A stretch of DNA of 64,000 bases, taken from assembly GCA_964057225.1 (NCBI GenBank), contig OZ059897.1:10726001-10790000 (forward strand). Direction: 5' to 3'. The notes beneath the pieces were generated by a model, which worked only from the letters and a program-made list of their open reading frames with translations, was not told the origin of the DNA and ran no database searches. The stretch is from Auanema rhodensis. Taxonomy: Eukaryota; Animalia; Nematoda. Each line of letters opens with the position of its first letter. Position 1 is the first letter of the stretch. Of the stretch, positions 14,679 to 23,465 are shown piece by piece. The position numbers and the translations under genes were made by a program.

Positions 14679-15061
14679 CGTTACATATTGTTTCTTCCCG
14701 TCTTTTCATGGTCGGAAGATATATGTACTTCTACCTTGTTCCTTAGGTAGGCAGACCCGAACGCCCCGATTTCCTTATTAAGACAAATACTCAAAGAGAA
14801 AAGGATTCATTATCAGATAACAAGAAAATACAATATAAGAATTACATTAAGAAAGAATATAAAGAGATATAATAAAGTATTAAATAGAGTATATATATAT
14901 AGATGATATAGAGATGAGACTCACATGGCTATAAGACAACCTATCTGGGTTAGGCCAGAAGCAAGAGTGCCATGTGTGTCCCATGTTGTAGGCGGGGCTT
15001 GTTCAGGCTCCCGCTATTTGAATAGCGCGCACATGTTTACCATGTGCTTGCAGATGTGACA
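14679..15061 (-). repeat. 3' LTR of element 1
   Basis: Matches 24472-24854 by eye. Minus-strand termini are TGTCACAT...ATGTAACG. Confidence 0.96.
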
Positions 15062-15073
15062 TCCCCCCACCTT
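15062..15073 (-). promoter_or_regulatory. Polypurine tract of element 1
   Basis: Minus strand AAGGTGGGGGGA abuts the 3' LTR and is preceded by a T-tract. Confidence 0.9.
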
Positions 15074-15079
15074 AAAAAG

Positions 15080-15097
15080 TTGAACGTCCTCGTTCAA
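15080..15097 (-). other. Hairpin TTGAACG-AGGA-CGTTCAA upstream of the PPT
   Basis: Perfect 7-bp stem. Element 2 has the same loop and closing pairs. Confidence 0.7.
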
Positions 15098-15675
15098 AAA
15101 CAAAATAAATTAATTCACTTTTTAAGATAGTTGGATGTTGGAAAAAGATAACAAAAAAAAATCATGGTGTAGTCGATAAAAAATAATGTATACAATACGA
15201 TTTGAAAGTTTAGCTATTGTCTCTTCAAGTTTGTTGAATTCAAAATGTAGTATCGAATAGATTCTATTCCATTCACTTGAGTAGTGAAATGCTTGCAAAC
15301 GAGAGCTTTGCTTCTAAACCATTCGACTGTGATATAGTCGTTCATTTTCTCGAGTTGTACAGGTACGGTGTTACCCTGAGAATAGGTCGAGCCCGTTCTG
15401 TACAAAAAAATGAAAACTCGTTTAACCCGTATGACTAATGTCCATAAGGTGAATACAAGTAATGATTAAGCATAAAAAATAGCAAAATTCACAAGAGAAT
15501 GTTGAAAAAAATCTACTCAATGAGAGTTGGAGTAATAAAACAAACTTTTGTAAAACAATAGCAGACTTCTCAGAGAAAATCAATCAACAACAAAGAAGTG
15601 GTACAATCAGAAATGGCACAAAATAAAATAAAAAAAAAATTTCAACAATTTGATTTTGTTAAAAAAAAACTACCT

Positions 15676-18600
15676 TCAAGAAATTGTGATAACCGGAATA
15701 GATGTTGTCCGTTGGTAAGGTTTGACGAAGTCCTTGTGTACTCTTCTGCTTTTTCCTTTATCTGTTTGAACCACGACGAAAGATCTTTGAACTGCTGTAA
15801 CTAAATAAGGCCCTTCGAATGAAGGTGTTAGTTTGTTTCGAGTAGAATTCACTTTTATCATAACTAAGTCATTAACCTGAATTTCTTTATTTTGTGTTCT
15901 ATTTCGTGTATTGTACCGTTGTTCATTCTTCTTTGTGCATGTTTCAATTCTATCTTTTACTATATTAGATGTGCTTTCATTTTGTATTAGCGATCTATTG
16001 ACAAAATCTTCTGTAGGATTGGCTGGTTCTTCAGTTTGAAGATTATTTCCAGGCAATTGATGGTCAATAGGAAGTCTTGCATCCCGACCAAATAATACAA
16101 CATATGGACTAATAGATGTGGATGAGTTTGGTAACGTATTGATCGCAAACATAACTTTAGGTAGGTGTATATCCCAGTTAGTTTGTTGTTCATTCACGAA
16201 TGAAGAGAGAGCTTCTTCTAAAGTTCTATGAAGTCTCTCCACTTGTCCATTAGCATTTTTATGATATGGTAGCGTAGTAGTGTGTTCAATTCCAAATTGT
16301 TTACACATAGCTTGAAATTCAGATGACAAAAAGCTACTACCATTATCGGTTATCATACTCATTGGTGGTCCATATATGAAAACAAATCTAATTACAAACG
16401 CTTTTGTGATTTCAGTAGCCGTTTGTGTTATTAATGGGCAAGTTGTTCCCCATTTACTAAAAGCGTCTTGAATACTCAAGATGTATCGATGTCCATCATT
16501 AGTGCGAGGTAAAGGACCTAGTATATCTACATGAATACGATCAAATGGCTTTTCGGGTATAACAAATCTTCCCATAGGTTGAATATACGATTGGTGTGGG
16601 TTAGATTTCCTACTTGCACATTTTGTACAACGATTAATAAATTCAGTTATTTGTGGAACCATATTAGTCCAAAAGAATCGTCGTCGAATCGCATCAGTAG
16701 TTTTATTTATACCTAGGTGTGCACCAATTTTGGAATCTTCATGAAAAAACTTGATAACAACATCAGTTATTTTGTCGTTACGAGGCAAAATAATAGATGG
16801 TTTCAAATAATTTTTCGCTTGTTTTGCATGTAATATGCCTTCTCGTTCTTCATACCGGTCTGATATATTAGCCGGACAGTTATCATTATTAATTTGAGAA
16901 AGTGCTTCGCGAATCCAGGGAACTCCAGCTTGAACTTTCCGTATTTCTTCACAATTTAGTTGGTCAATAGAAGAAATAGTTGTGATATGAGCAATAAAAG
17001 CATCAACAGGTTTTACTTTGTCCTTTGGTTTAGTAGGACGACTGTCATTTGCTTCGTTTCCTATATATCTGGAGAGAGCATCACAGACACTGTTTAATTT
17101 GCCAGGACGATATTCAATCTTTATGTTGAAATCTTGTATCATTAGTTGATACTTGGCTAATCTACCTATGAGATCTTTACGCGACATTAAACTGGTTAAT
17201 GGTCGGTGATCTGTGATAACTGTGGTAGGTACTCCTAATACATAGGTACGGAATTGTTGAAGAGCAAAGACTAAACCGAGTGCTTCAACTTCAATAGGAG
17301 GATATTTCCGTTCCGCTGGAGTCAACTTTCTACTAGCGAACGCAATCGGGTGTAATGGAGAATTTTTCTCTGCTGATTGCAATAAAACTGCTCCCACAGC
17401 GATCATACTGCCATCACTTTCTATAACAAAAGGTTGGTCTGCTTTAGGAGGTTTCAGTACAGGGGCAGTACACAGTAATGTTTTTAAAGTTTCAAATGCG
17501 TCTGCATGTTCCGATTTCCACTCAAAAGGAGTATCCTTATGTGTTAACTTATACAATGGCTCAGCTATTCCGGCATAATTTTGAATAAACCGTCGAAAAT
17601 AGTTAGTCATACCTAGAAAGGATCTGACAGCCGTAACTGTACTTGGATTTGGAAATTCGGAAACAGCCTGTATCTTAGCAGGATCTGGTTTAACACCATT
17701 TCTACCTATTACAAAACCCAAAAACTTTACTTCAGTGGCTGCAAAGCAACATTTAGATAACTTAATTTTTAACCCTAGTTCAGTAACCTTTTTCAGCACT
17801 TCTTGTATATCTCTTAAATGTTCATCAGCTGAGTTCGAAATTATTAGCAAATCATCTAGATATACAAACAGTTTGCATCTAACAAGAGATTGCAAGTATC
17901 GTACTGCGGATTGAAAAGTGTGTGGCGCTCCACACAATCCCATAGGCATTCGGCAATACTGATAGGTACCTGATGGAGTGGTAAAAGCAGTTAGGTGTCT
18001 ATCTGAGCGTTTCAACGGTATTTGGAAGAAACCAGAAATGAGATCAAAATTCGAAAAGAACTGAGCTCCAGCCGCTAAGTCTATGATATCAGGAATGTGT
18101 GGGATGCTGTATGTTTGTTTCTTAGTAACACTATTCAATGCTCTAAAGTCAGTTACGAACCGGAAAGAATTATCTTTCTTTTTCACAAGAACAACTGGAC
18201 TAGTGAAAGTAGCCGTCGAATTTTCGATTATACCTTGCGACAACATTTCTTTCACTTGCCGTTCTACTTCTTCTTGCTTACCCAATGGTACTCTGTAAGA
18301 TCTACTTTTTGGGAAATCCATATCGGATCTTATAGGAATGGCATGTTCTACTGGTCCGCAAAAGAGACCAATATTATGATCATGGTTGAAAAATGCCGTT
18401 TGGTTTTCCTTAATGATCGTGATCAGATTTTTCTTCATTTTATGGGACAGAGTGCAAGAATTGAAGTTCAAATCATCCAAAAGATGCTGAGGAAAAGTTG
18501 GTAACTTATCTTCCCAATCAGCTTCAGGTGGAACATAATCGTTCATAATTTCTTTAGATGCTATAAGTCCTGAACCAATGTGGTCATTTTTATTAATTTT

Positions 18601-21600
18601 AATTGGCTTTGAAGAATTGTTTGATACTACCATAGTAATAGGAAAAGGTCCTATGGCGGCATCTGGAATTGAGATAGGACCTATGCTAGATTTTAAAAGA
18701 GCATATTGATCAAAATCTAATTCTGGTCCTGTTTGCAAAGATATGTGGGAGGTACTATGTGGTGGAACTGTTACTGTGGACAAACTTATGATATTTACTG
18801 TTTTAGTTGTGGTTTTATATGCAAAACAACCAGGTTTTACTAAGGGTGTTTCCATATTACCAACAATCAACTTTCCTTTACATAGTTTTAATGTAGTAAA
18901 TATCTCTCTTTCTTCCAACGTACGCATAAAATCAGTACCAAGTAACATTTGTCCTGGACAGTCATTGTCTTCAGATATTAAAAATTCGTGTTCCACTTGG
19001 TAACCTGCTATACCCACATCTAACTTGCATTTTCCCACAAAGCGAAACTCTGATCCATTTGCAGTGGATGCAGATTTAGAATATTTTGTAAAATATTGTC
19101 TTCCAATATATGCCAATGTGGAGAACGGAATATATGAGACAGTAGCTCCAGAATCCCATAATGCTAACAGTCCTCTACCTTCAATGTCAATATGAACAAA
19201 CGGTAACAAGTGTCCATTTTTCTTTGTTGTTGTGTGACATACAAAAGGTATGGCTAAAGGAATGTAAGTTATGATGGTGGGAAAATAGCTCCGCATCAAT
19301 TCATCACTAACTGTTTCATGAATCTCATCTCCCTCAAGTGGTGGAGCTGTTGGGCTCAACATGATATGGTTTATTTTTAACATAGAAGTAGGGGAGAGAT
19401 AACATTTTATAGTGAAATATAATGCTATCATTAGACATAATATCAGAGTTATACAACCGATGGTAATGAGTGTTCGTTCAATTGAACCTATACAAAAGTC
19501 AATGAACAGATCCCAATTGGAGAAAACAATTTTCCTGGCATCTCTTATAAGTTTACTTCCTTTGAAGATGAAAGAGGAAATTTGAGGCCAATCACGTGAA
19601 CGAGAAATTACGCGGAGAAGATCATGGTGAGGTGAAGTAGATAAACTATAACCATAAGTTAATCCAATAGATAGGGCTAAGGATTTTTCAGTCGAATTTT
19701 CAAACAAATTCCGCCCTGTGAATCGAAGTTTACTCAATTCAGCATAATGATCATGTTTTTCTGAATGAATACTATCTACTTTATGTGTGTCACCTTTATA
19801 ATCTCTCCATGTTCCATTTTCATACCAAATTTCTGTCTCTTTGTGTTCACAATTGATCTCATGTCCTTCAGTGCTCAAATCGTAGCTATCGATAGGAGCA
19901 AAGAATAATTGTTTATCGTGTGTTAAAACAGGGGTCTCTGCATAACATTTATCATTGTAAGAATGATTACGATAAATGAAATGTGGTTCTATTTCCTGAC
20001 AAGTTGTTATTTTTAAAACATTTCTTCCAACAAATCGGGCAACGATATCATCCCGCTGAAGCATAGCTCTTACTCCTATTGTAGGATGTATACGTAATAT
20101 AGCTTGCCAGCTTTTTACAGTTTCCATTTGAGATTTACAGATGGTATGAAACTGTTGATGAAATTCGTCAATTATGGAGAGACGCGCTTTCTCAAACCCA
20201 TAATTCAACTTATTATCTATTATCGTTTTAGTTTTATGCTCTGATTTGTGGAGAACATTGTCATATACTTCTGCTACATACAACTCTCGACCTCTCTCGT
20301 ACGCATTAGAGGTAGGAGTTGTTAAACTACGAATTGTAGTTTTGGTGGAAGTTATTGGGGTTACAGTAGTATGCTGTACCATATTTTTATCAGTTGTGAT
20401 TTGAGTTTTAACCCAACTTATGAATTCTAAAACTTCTGTTTTATTGAATTTAGGATTTTCCTGTGGGTATTCGATGGACTGTGGAGGAAATCCATAATAT
20501 GCTGTACTATTCTTTGTATAAAGGTTGTGATAGTCAGGCAGCTTGGATATAATTGCTAAATCTTGCTCTTGGTTATTTCTAACAGTAGCATCAGCTTTTT
20601 GTTGTCGACTGACTTGCATGTCACGAGATATTTGTTCTTTTCCCGATTGTTGTTGGATCATGAATAACATGCCTTGAGCAGTTGCAATAATTTCAGATTG
20701 ATTCATATTTCCACTGCGTGGTAATATAGATGGATATAAGGCTCTTGCCAACTGTTCAATTGATGGAACTGTTTGTGTACCATCAAGAATTGTGGCTTGA
20801 TATACTACTGCGTGAGCCATTCCTCGAAAGAAATCTTCTATGGATGTTGTAGATTTCATCAAAGATCTTTTTAACCGAGGAACTTCTATACGACGAGCTA
20901 CTTGAGTGATAAGATCATTCAATTTCATGCTATTAATCATCTGTCTAGTAGCCAGTTTAATTTCCTCTATACCCATACATTGTAAAATCAAAAGATTGGG
21001 ATCTTTGAAATTATTAGACTTTGCCCAGTTAGTTATATGATCTTTTGTCAATCCTAAACTAACAATTGTGTCAATGAACAGTGGATTATCTATCGCGAAT
21101 TGGAGCAAACTCTCATAAGATGATGTAGCTGCATATCTCATATATTTTGCGTAAAACTTAGTGATAGATGCAGATCCAAAAATGAAAGTAGGTCTTAGAA
21201 ATGGAAACGCATATGGTTGGGATTTCGCATTAACAAAAAGATAATCATCACTGAAAGAGCGATGTTTTTGAGGTAATGCATTACGTTTATTTCTGCGTCT
21301 ATCAGCATTAAGCAAAGTATTGGAAAGATCAAGCAAATTATAAACACGGGGATATGCTGTGAATCGGATAATTGCCTCAGAAGATGATTCAAAAACAGCG
21401 AATTCGAAACAAGATTGAACGTGAGCGGATGTGGAATGATTTTGGAGAACAAAAGCGCTTTCAATAGAGTGAACTAGAAGAATATGATCACCCAACATGG
21501 CGGAGAAGGGGCCAAGTTTTTGATAGTGACAGACAACTGATGGGATAGGTGGTTGCCAGATAACTGCACCTTCACCAGTTGCACAAAACCCTTCATTTCC

Positions 21601-23064
21601 TTTACAATTATCAGTATTTATAAATAAGTCTGATACAATGTGATCTTCTTTCAATCTAGTTATTATCCCTCGCTTCAATACAAATTGTTCAATTTCTACA
21701 CATTCTTCAGTGGACCAAGAGCGAGTTGGATTATGCTCGTTTAATGGTGTTTCAAAAACTGAATGCTGTTGGGCATTCATGATTTTATCATTCCACATAC
21801 GATTTCTATGTGCTCGAACACAATCTTTCTTATCTACTGTTTCAATATGAGAGAATGTGGTGTTACGATCTCTCAAAAACATGAAATCTCTCACACAGCT
21901 TTTATACTTTTTCACATAGCATTTCCATGCTTCCCATGACTCTATCTCAGCCTTTGGTAGATATATTTCTACCTCAACACTGTGAGCCTTTTCAATTTCT
22001 GCCTTATGGCAGCCTGTGACCACAGGAGGTGTTACTAATATACCCCCTTCAGATTGAGCGCAAATCTGATATTTTGCCGACCCAAAGGGAAGGCATGAGA
22101 GTGCCAATAAAGTCAGGCACAACGTGACCGGTGGCATGAATGGGGTCGCTACGCTGTATACCCTTGAGTTACCATTCCCATTGGCTGATGGTCTTTGTCT
22201 TCTTGGGGAACTAGGCCTAGGGTTCCAAGACGAGCTATTGGCATTTCTGCCATTGGCAAATGGGCGGTTTCCCGGGTTAGGACGCCTATTCATATTCCCG
22301 TTCTGCGAGTTATTATTATTATAACGTACGGCAGAAGGTCGCTCTCTCTCTCGCTCATAATCATTAGAGCCATTATTGTGCTGAGTCCAGTTATTATTTT
22401 TTTTATTATTTTTATTATTTTTATAATTTTTATTATTATTATTATTCCTACTTCTTTCTCTTTCTTCACTAAAGCTTAATTTATGTTGTAAAGCATTTAT
22501 GAGCTCCTTCAAGGTGCTGGTGTCTTCATTTCTTTTCATGAAGCTATTCCGAACGCCTTCTTCAAACCTAGCTAATTTCTTAGCTTGTTCATAAGTGGCG
22601 GGGTGTTTAGTTAAAACCGCAATACCCAGTTCCTCTTTTAAACCATTTAAAAATGCCGTTTTCAACATTGGTTCCCGCTCGGGATCCATTGGTGACATTA
22701 TGGTGCTTGCCATTCTCTCTAATTCCATACTAAAATCAAGAACAGATTTATCTCCTTGTTGTACTCGATGAATAAGCGCTATGGTGAAATTTTTATCTGT
22801 TTTAGGCGCTAAAAGCTCAGTGAGCTGATCCATCAAAACAATCCATGGGCCATTAGTTCTTATGCCACTAGGAATACTATTATACAAGGAGAGAGCTGTT
22901 TCATTTGATTCCAAAAGAAGAGGCAAAATTAATAGTCTCTCAGGTAAGCTTAGATTCATAACATTAAAAAATCTATTTAAAGATTCAACAAAAGAACGAA
23001 AGCTACGAGAGCCGTCATACCTGGGACAGAGATGGCAATTCAAATTCAATTCAATGTTTACCAT
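15676..23064 (-). CDS. Gag-Env-Pol polyprotein (2462 aa): capsid-like Gag, signal peptide, class III fusion glycoprotein, TM, aspartic protease, RT, RNase H, integrase
   Basis: Gag-like LKTAFLNGLKEEL; hydrophobic signal aa ~310-330; TM aa ~1199-1219; protease LWDSGA (D at aa 1304); RT motifs FTSPVVLVKKKD, MPMGL and YLDD (17851-17862); RNase H ESDGS and TDHRPL; integrase HHCC, HVD/TDNG/GQVER and GPY (15805-15813). Confidence 0.96.
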   Translation of the reverse strand: MVNIELNLNCHLCPRYDGSRSFRSFVESLNRFFNVMNLSLPERLLILPLLLESNETALSLYNSIPSGIRTNGPWIVLMDQLTELLAPKTDKNFTIALIHRVQQGDKSVLDFSMELERMASTIMSPMDPEREPMLKTAFLNGLKEELGIAVLTKHPATYEQAKKLARFEEGVRNSFMKRNEDTSTLKELINALQHKLSFSEERERSRNNNNNKNYKNNKNNKKNNNWTQHNNGSNDYERERERPSAVRYNNNNSQNGNMNRRPNPGNRPFANGRNANSSSWNPRPSSPRRQRPSANGNGNSRVYSVATPFMPPVTLCLTLLALSCLPFGSAKYQICAQSEGGILVTPPVVTGCHKAEIEKAHSVEVEIYLPKAEIESWEAWKCYVKKYKSCVRDFMFLRDRNTTFSHIETVDKKDCVRAHRNRMWNDKIMNAQQHSVFETPLNEHNPTRSWSTEECVEIEQFVLKRGIITRLKEDHIVSDLFINTDNCKGNEGFCATGEGAVIWQPPIPSVVCHYQKLGPFSAMLGDHILLVHSIESAFVLQNHSTSAHVQSCFEFAVFESSSEAIIRFTAYPRVYNLLDLSNTLLNADRRRNKRNALPQKHRSFSDDYLFVNAKSQPYAFPFLRPTFIFGSASITKFYAKYMRYAATSSYESLLQFAIDNPLFIDTIVSLGLTKDHITNWAKSNNFKDPNLLILQCMGIEEIKLATRQMINSMKLNDLITQVARRIEVPRLKRSLMKSTTSIEDFFRGMAHAVVYQATILDGTQTVPSIEQLARALYPSILPRSGNMNQSEIIATAQGMLFMIQQQSGKEQISRDMQVSRQQKADATVRNNQEQDLAIISKLPDYHNLYTKNSTAYYGFPPQSIEYPQENPKFNKTEVLEFISWVKTQITTDKNMVQHTTVTPITSTKTTIRSLTTPTSNAYERGRELYVAEVYDNVLHKSEHKTKTIIDNKLNYGFEKARLSIIDEFHQQFHTICKSQMETVKSWQAILRIHPTIGVRAMLQRDDIVARFVGRNVLKITTCQEIEPHFIYRNHSYNDKCYAETPVLTHDKQLFFAPIDSYDLSTEGHEINCEHKETEIWYENGTWRDYKGDTHKVDSIHSEKHDHYAELSKLRFTGRNLFENSTEKSLALSIGLTYGYSLSTSPHHDLLRVISRSRDWPQISSFIFKGSKLIRDARKIVFSNWDLFIDFCIGSIERTLITIGCITLILCLMIALYFTIKCYLSPTSMLKINHIMLSPTAPPLEGDEIHETVSDELMRSYFPTIITYIPLAIPFVCHTTTKKNGHLLPFVHIDIEGRGLLALWDSGATVSYIPFSTLAYIGRQYFTKYSKSASTANGSEFRFVGKCKLDVGIAGYQVEHEFLISEDNDCPGQMLLGTDFMRTLEEREIFTTLKLCKGKLIVGNMETPLVKPGCFAYKTTTKTVNIISLSTVTVPPHSTSHISLQTGPELDFDQYALLKSSIGPISIPDAAIGPFPITMVVSNNSSKPIKINKNDHIGSGLIASKEIMNDYVPPEADWEDKLPTFPQHLLDDLNFNSCTLSHKMKKNLITIIKENQTAFFNHDHNIGLFCGPVEHAIPIRSDMDFPKSRSYRVPLGKQEEVERQVKEMLSQGIIENSTATFTSPVVLVKKKDNSFRFVTDFRALNSVTKKQTYSIPHIPDIIDLAAGAQFFSNFDLISGFFQIPLKRSDRHLTAFTTPSGTYQYCRMPMGLCGAPHTFQSAVRYLQSLVRCKLFVYLDDLLIISNSADEHLRDIQEVLKKVTELGLKIKLSKCCFAATEVKFLGFVIGRNGVKPDPAKIQAVSEFPNPSTVTAVRSFLGMTNYFRRFIQNYAGIAEPLYKLTHKDTPFEWKSEHADAFETLKTLLCTAPVLKPPKADQPFVIESDGSMIAVGAVLLQSAEKNSPLHPIAFASRKLTPAERKYPPIEVEALGLVFALQQFRTYVLGVPTTVITDHRPLTSLMSRKDLIGRLAKYQLMIQDFNIKIEYRPGKLNSVCDALSRYIGNEANDSRPTKPKDKVKPVDAFIAHITTISSIDQLNCEEIRKVQAGVPWIREALSQINNDNCPANISDRYEEREGILHAKQAKNYLKPSIILPRNDKITDVVIKFFHEDSKIGAHLGINKTTDAIRRRFFWTNMVPQITEFINRCTKCASRKSNPHQSYIQPMGRFVIPEKPFDRIHVDILGPLPRTNDGHRYILSIQDAFSKWGTTCPLITQTATEITKAFVIRFVFIYGPPMSMITDNGSSFLSSEFQAMCKQFGIEHTTTLPYHKNANGQVERLHRTLEEALSSFVNEQQTNWDIHLPKVMFAINTLPNSSTSISPYVVLFGRDARLPIDHQLPGNNLQTEEPANPTEDFVNRSLIQNESTSNIVKDRIETCTKKNEQRYNTRNRTQNKEIQVNDLVMIKVNSTRNKLTPSFEGPYLVTAVQRSFVVVQTDKGKSRRVHKDFVKPYQRTTSIPVITIS
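19408..22137 (-). other. Envelope glycoprotein module within the polyprotein (herpes gB-like class III fusogen)
   Basis: Signal MPPVTLCLTLLALSCLPFGSA/KYQIC; Cys-rich ectodomain with N-x-S/T sequons; furin-like RRRNKR (21283-21300); LNYGF...ICKSQ...W...HP...VARFVG...TTC...CYAETPV resembles the gB domain III/IV pattern from memory; C-terminal TM helix. Confidence 0.82.
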
Positions 23065-23082
23065 GTGCTTGCAGATGTGACA
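23054..23082 (-). repeat. Internal exact 29-nt copy of the LTR 5' terminus, containing the polyprotein ATG
   Basis: TGTCACATCTGCAAGCACATGGTAAACAT is identical to 15033-15061 and 24826-24854. Confidence 0.93.
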
Positions 23083-23465
23083 GTTGCCATATTTCTAGAG
23101 GGTGGAGCAACATTAGAATTAGGAGATGGAGAGGTAGGAGTCATTTTTCTTTCAAAAGCTTTAGTTATAGCAGCGGCCCACCGACTTGGTGATCTATTTC
23201 GTACTGTAGTAGGTGCCCGAGGTGTTTCCTCAGTGATGGCCTTTCTGCTTTTACTTCTCGTTCTAATTGTTAGAGAAGAAGAGTGAGAAGAAGAAGAGGA
23301 ATCACCTTCTTCTCTCAAAAATTCAAAAGGAGAGAGGTAGGTGGATGGAGTATTTAAGTTTTTAGAATTAAATTCAAAAACTTGGCGTACCTCTGGTGAT
23401 CCTTGTTCCTGATCTTTGTTTTCCTCGCTGATGTCCGAGTCCGACAGGGTGGCTGGTGAATACAG
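23058..23465 (-). CDS. Upstream Ser/Pro-rich open frame (ORF0, possible Gag N-terminal extension) whose stop overlaps the polyprotein start region
   Basis: Manual translation shows a stop-free frame from 23465 to TAA at 23058-23060. Its only ATGs are near the 3' end. Composition and motifs resemble the element 2 ORF at the same position. Confidence 0.5.
   Translation of the reverse strand: MYSPATLSDSDISEENKDQEQGSPEVRQVFEFNSKNLNTPSTYLSPFEFLREEGDSSSSSHSSSLTIRTRSKSRKAITEETPRAPTTVRNRSPSRWAAAITKAFERKMTPTSPSPNSNVAPPSRNMATVTSASTW

Noticed and set aside
14569-14781. 70-aa ORF
   Set aside because: It is a chimera spanning the array/LTR junction.
15214-15405. 63-aa ORF downstream of pol as a possible env or accessory gene
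   Set aside because: It is short, starts at a non-ATG codon and has no signal or TM segment. The env-like module lies elsewhere.
23054-23082. The 29-nt segment as a spliceosomal intron
   Set aside because: There is no AG at its 3' boundary, and the internal GT...AG spans only 14 nt.
15598-23286. Short antisense or off-frame ORFs overlapping the polyprotein
   Set aside because: These are shadows of the long ORF with no recognisable motifs.
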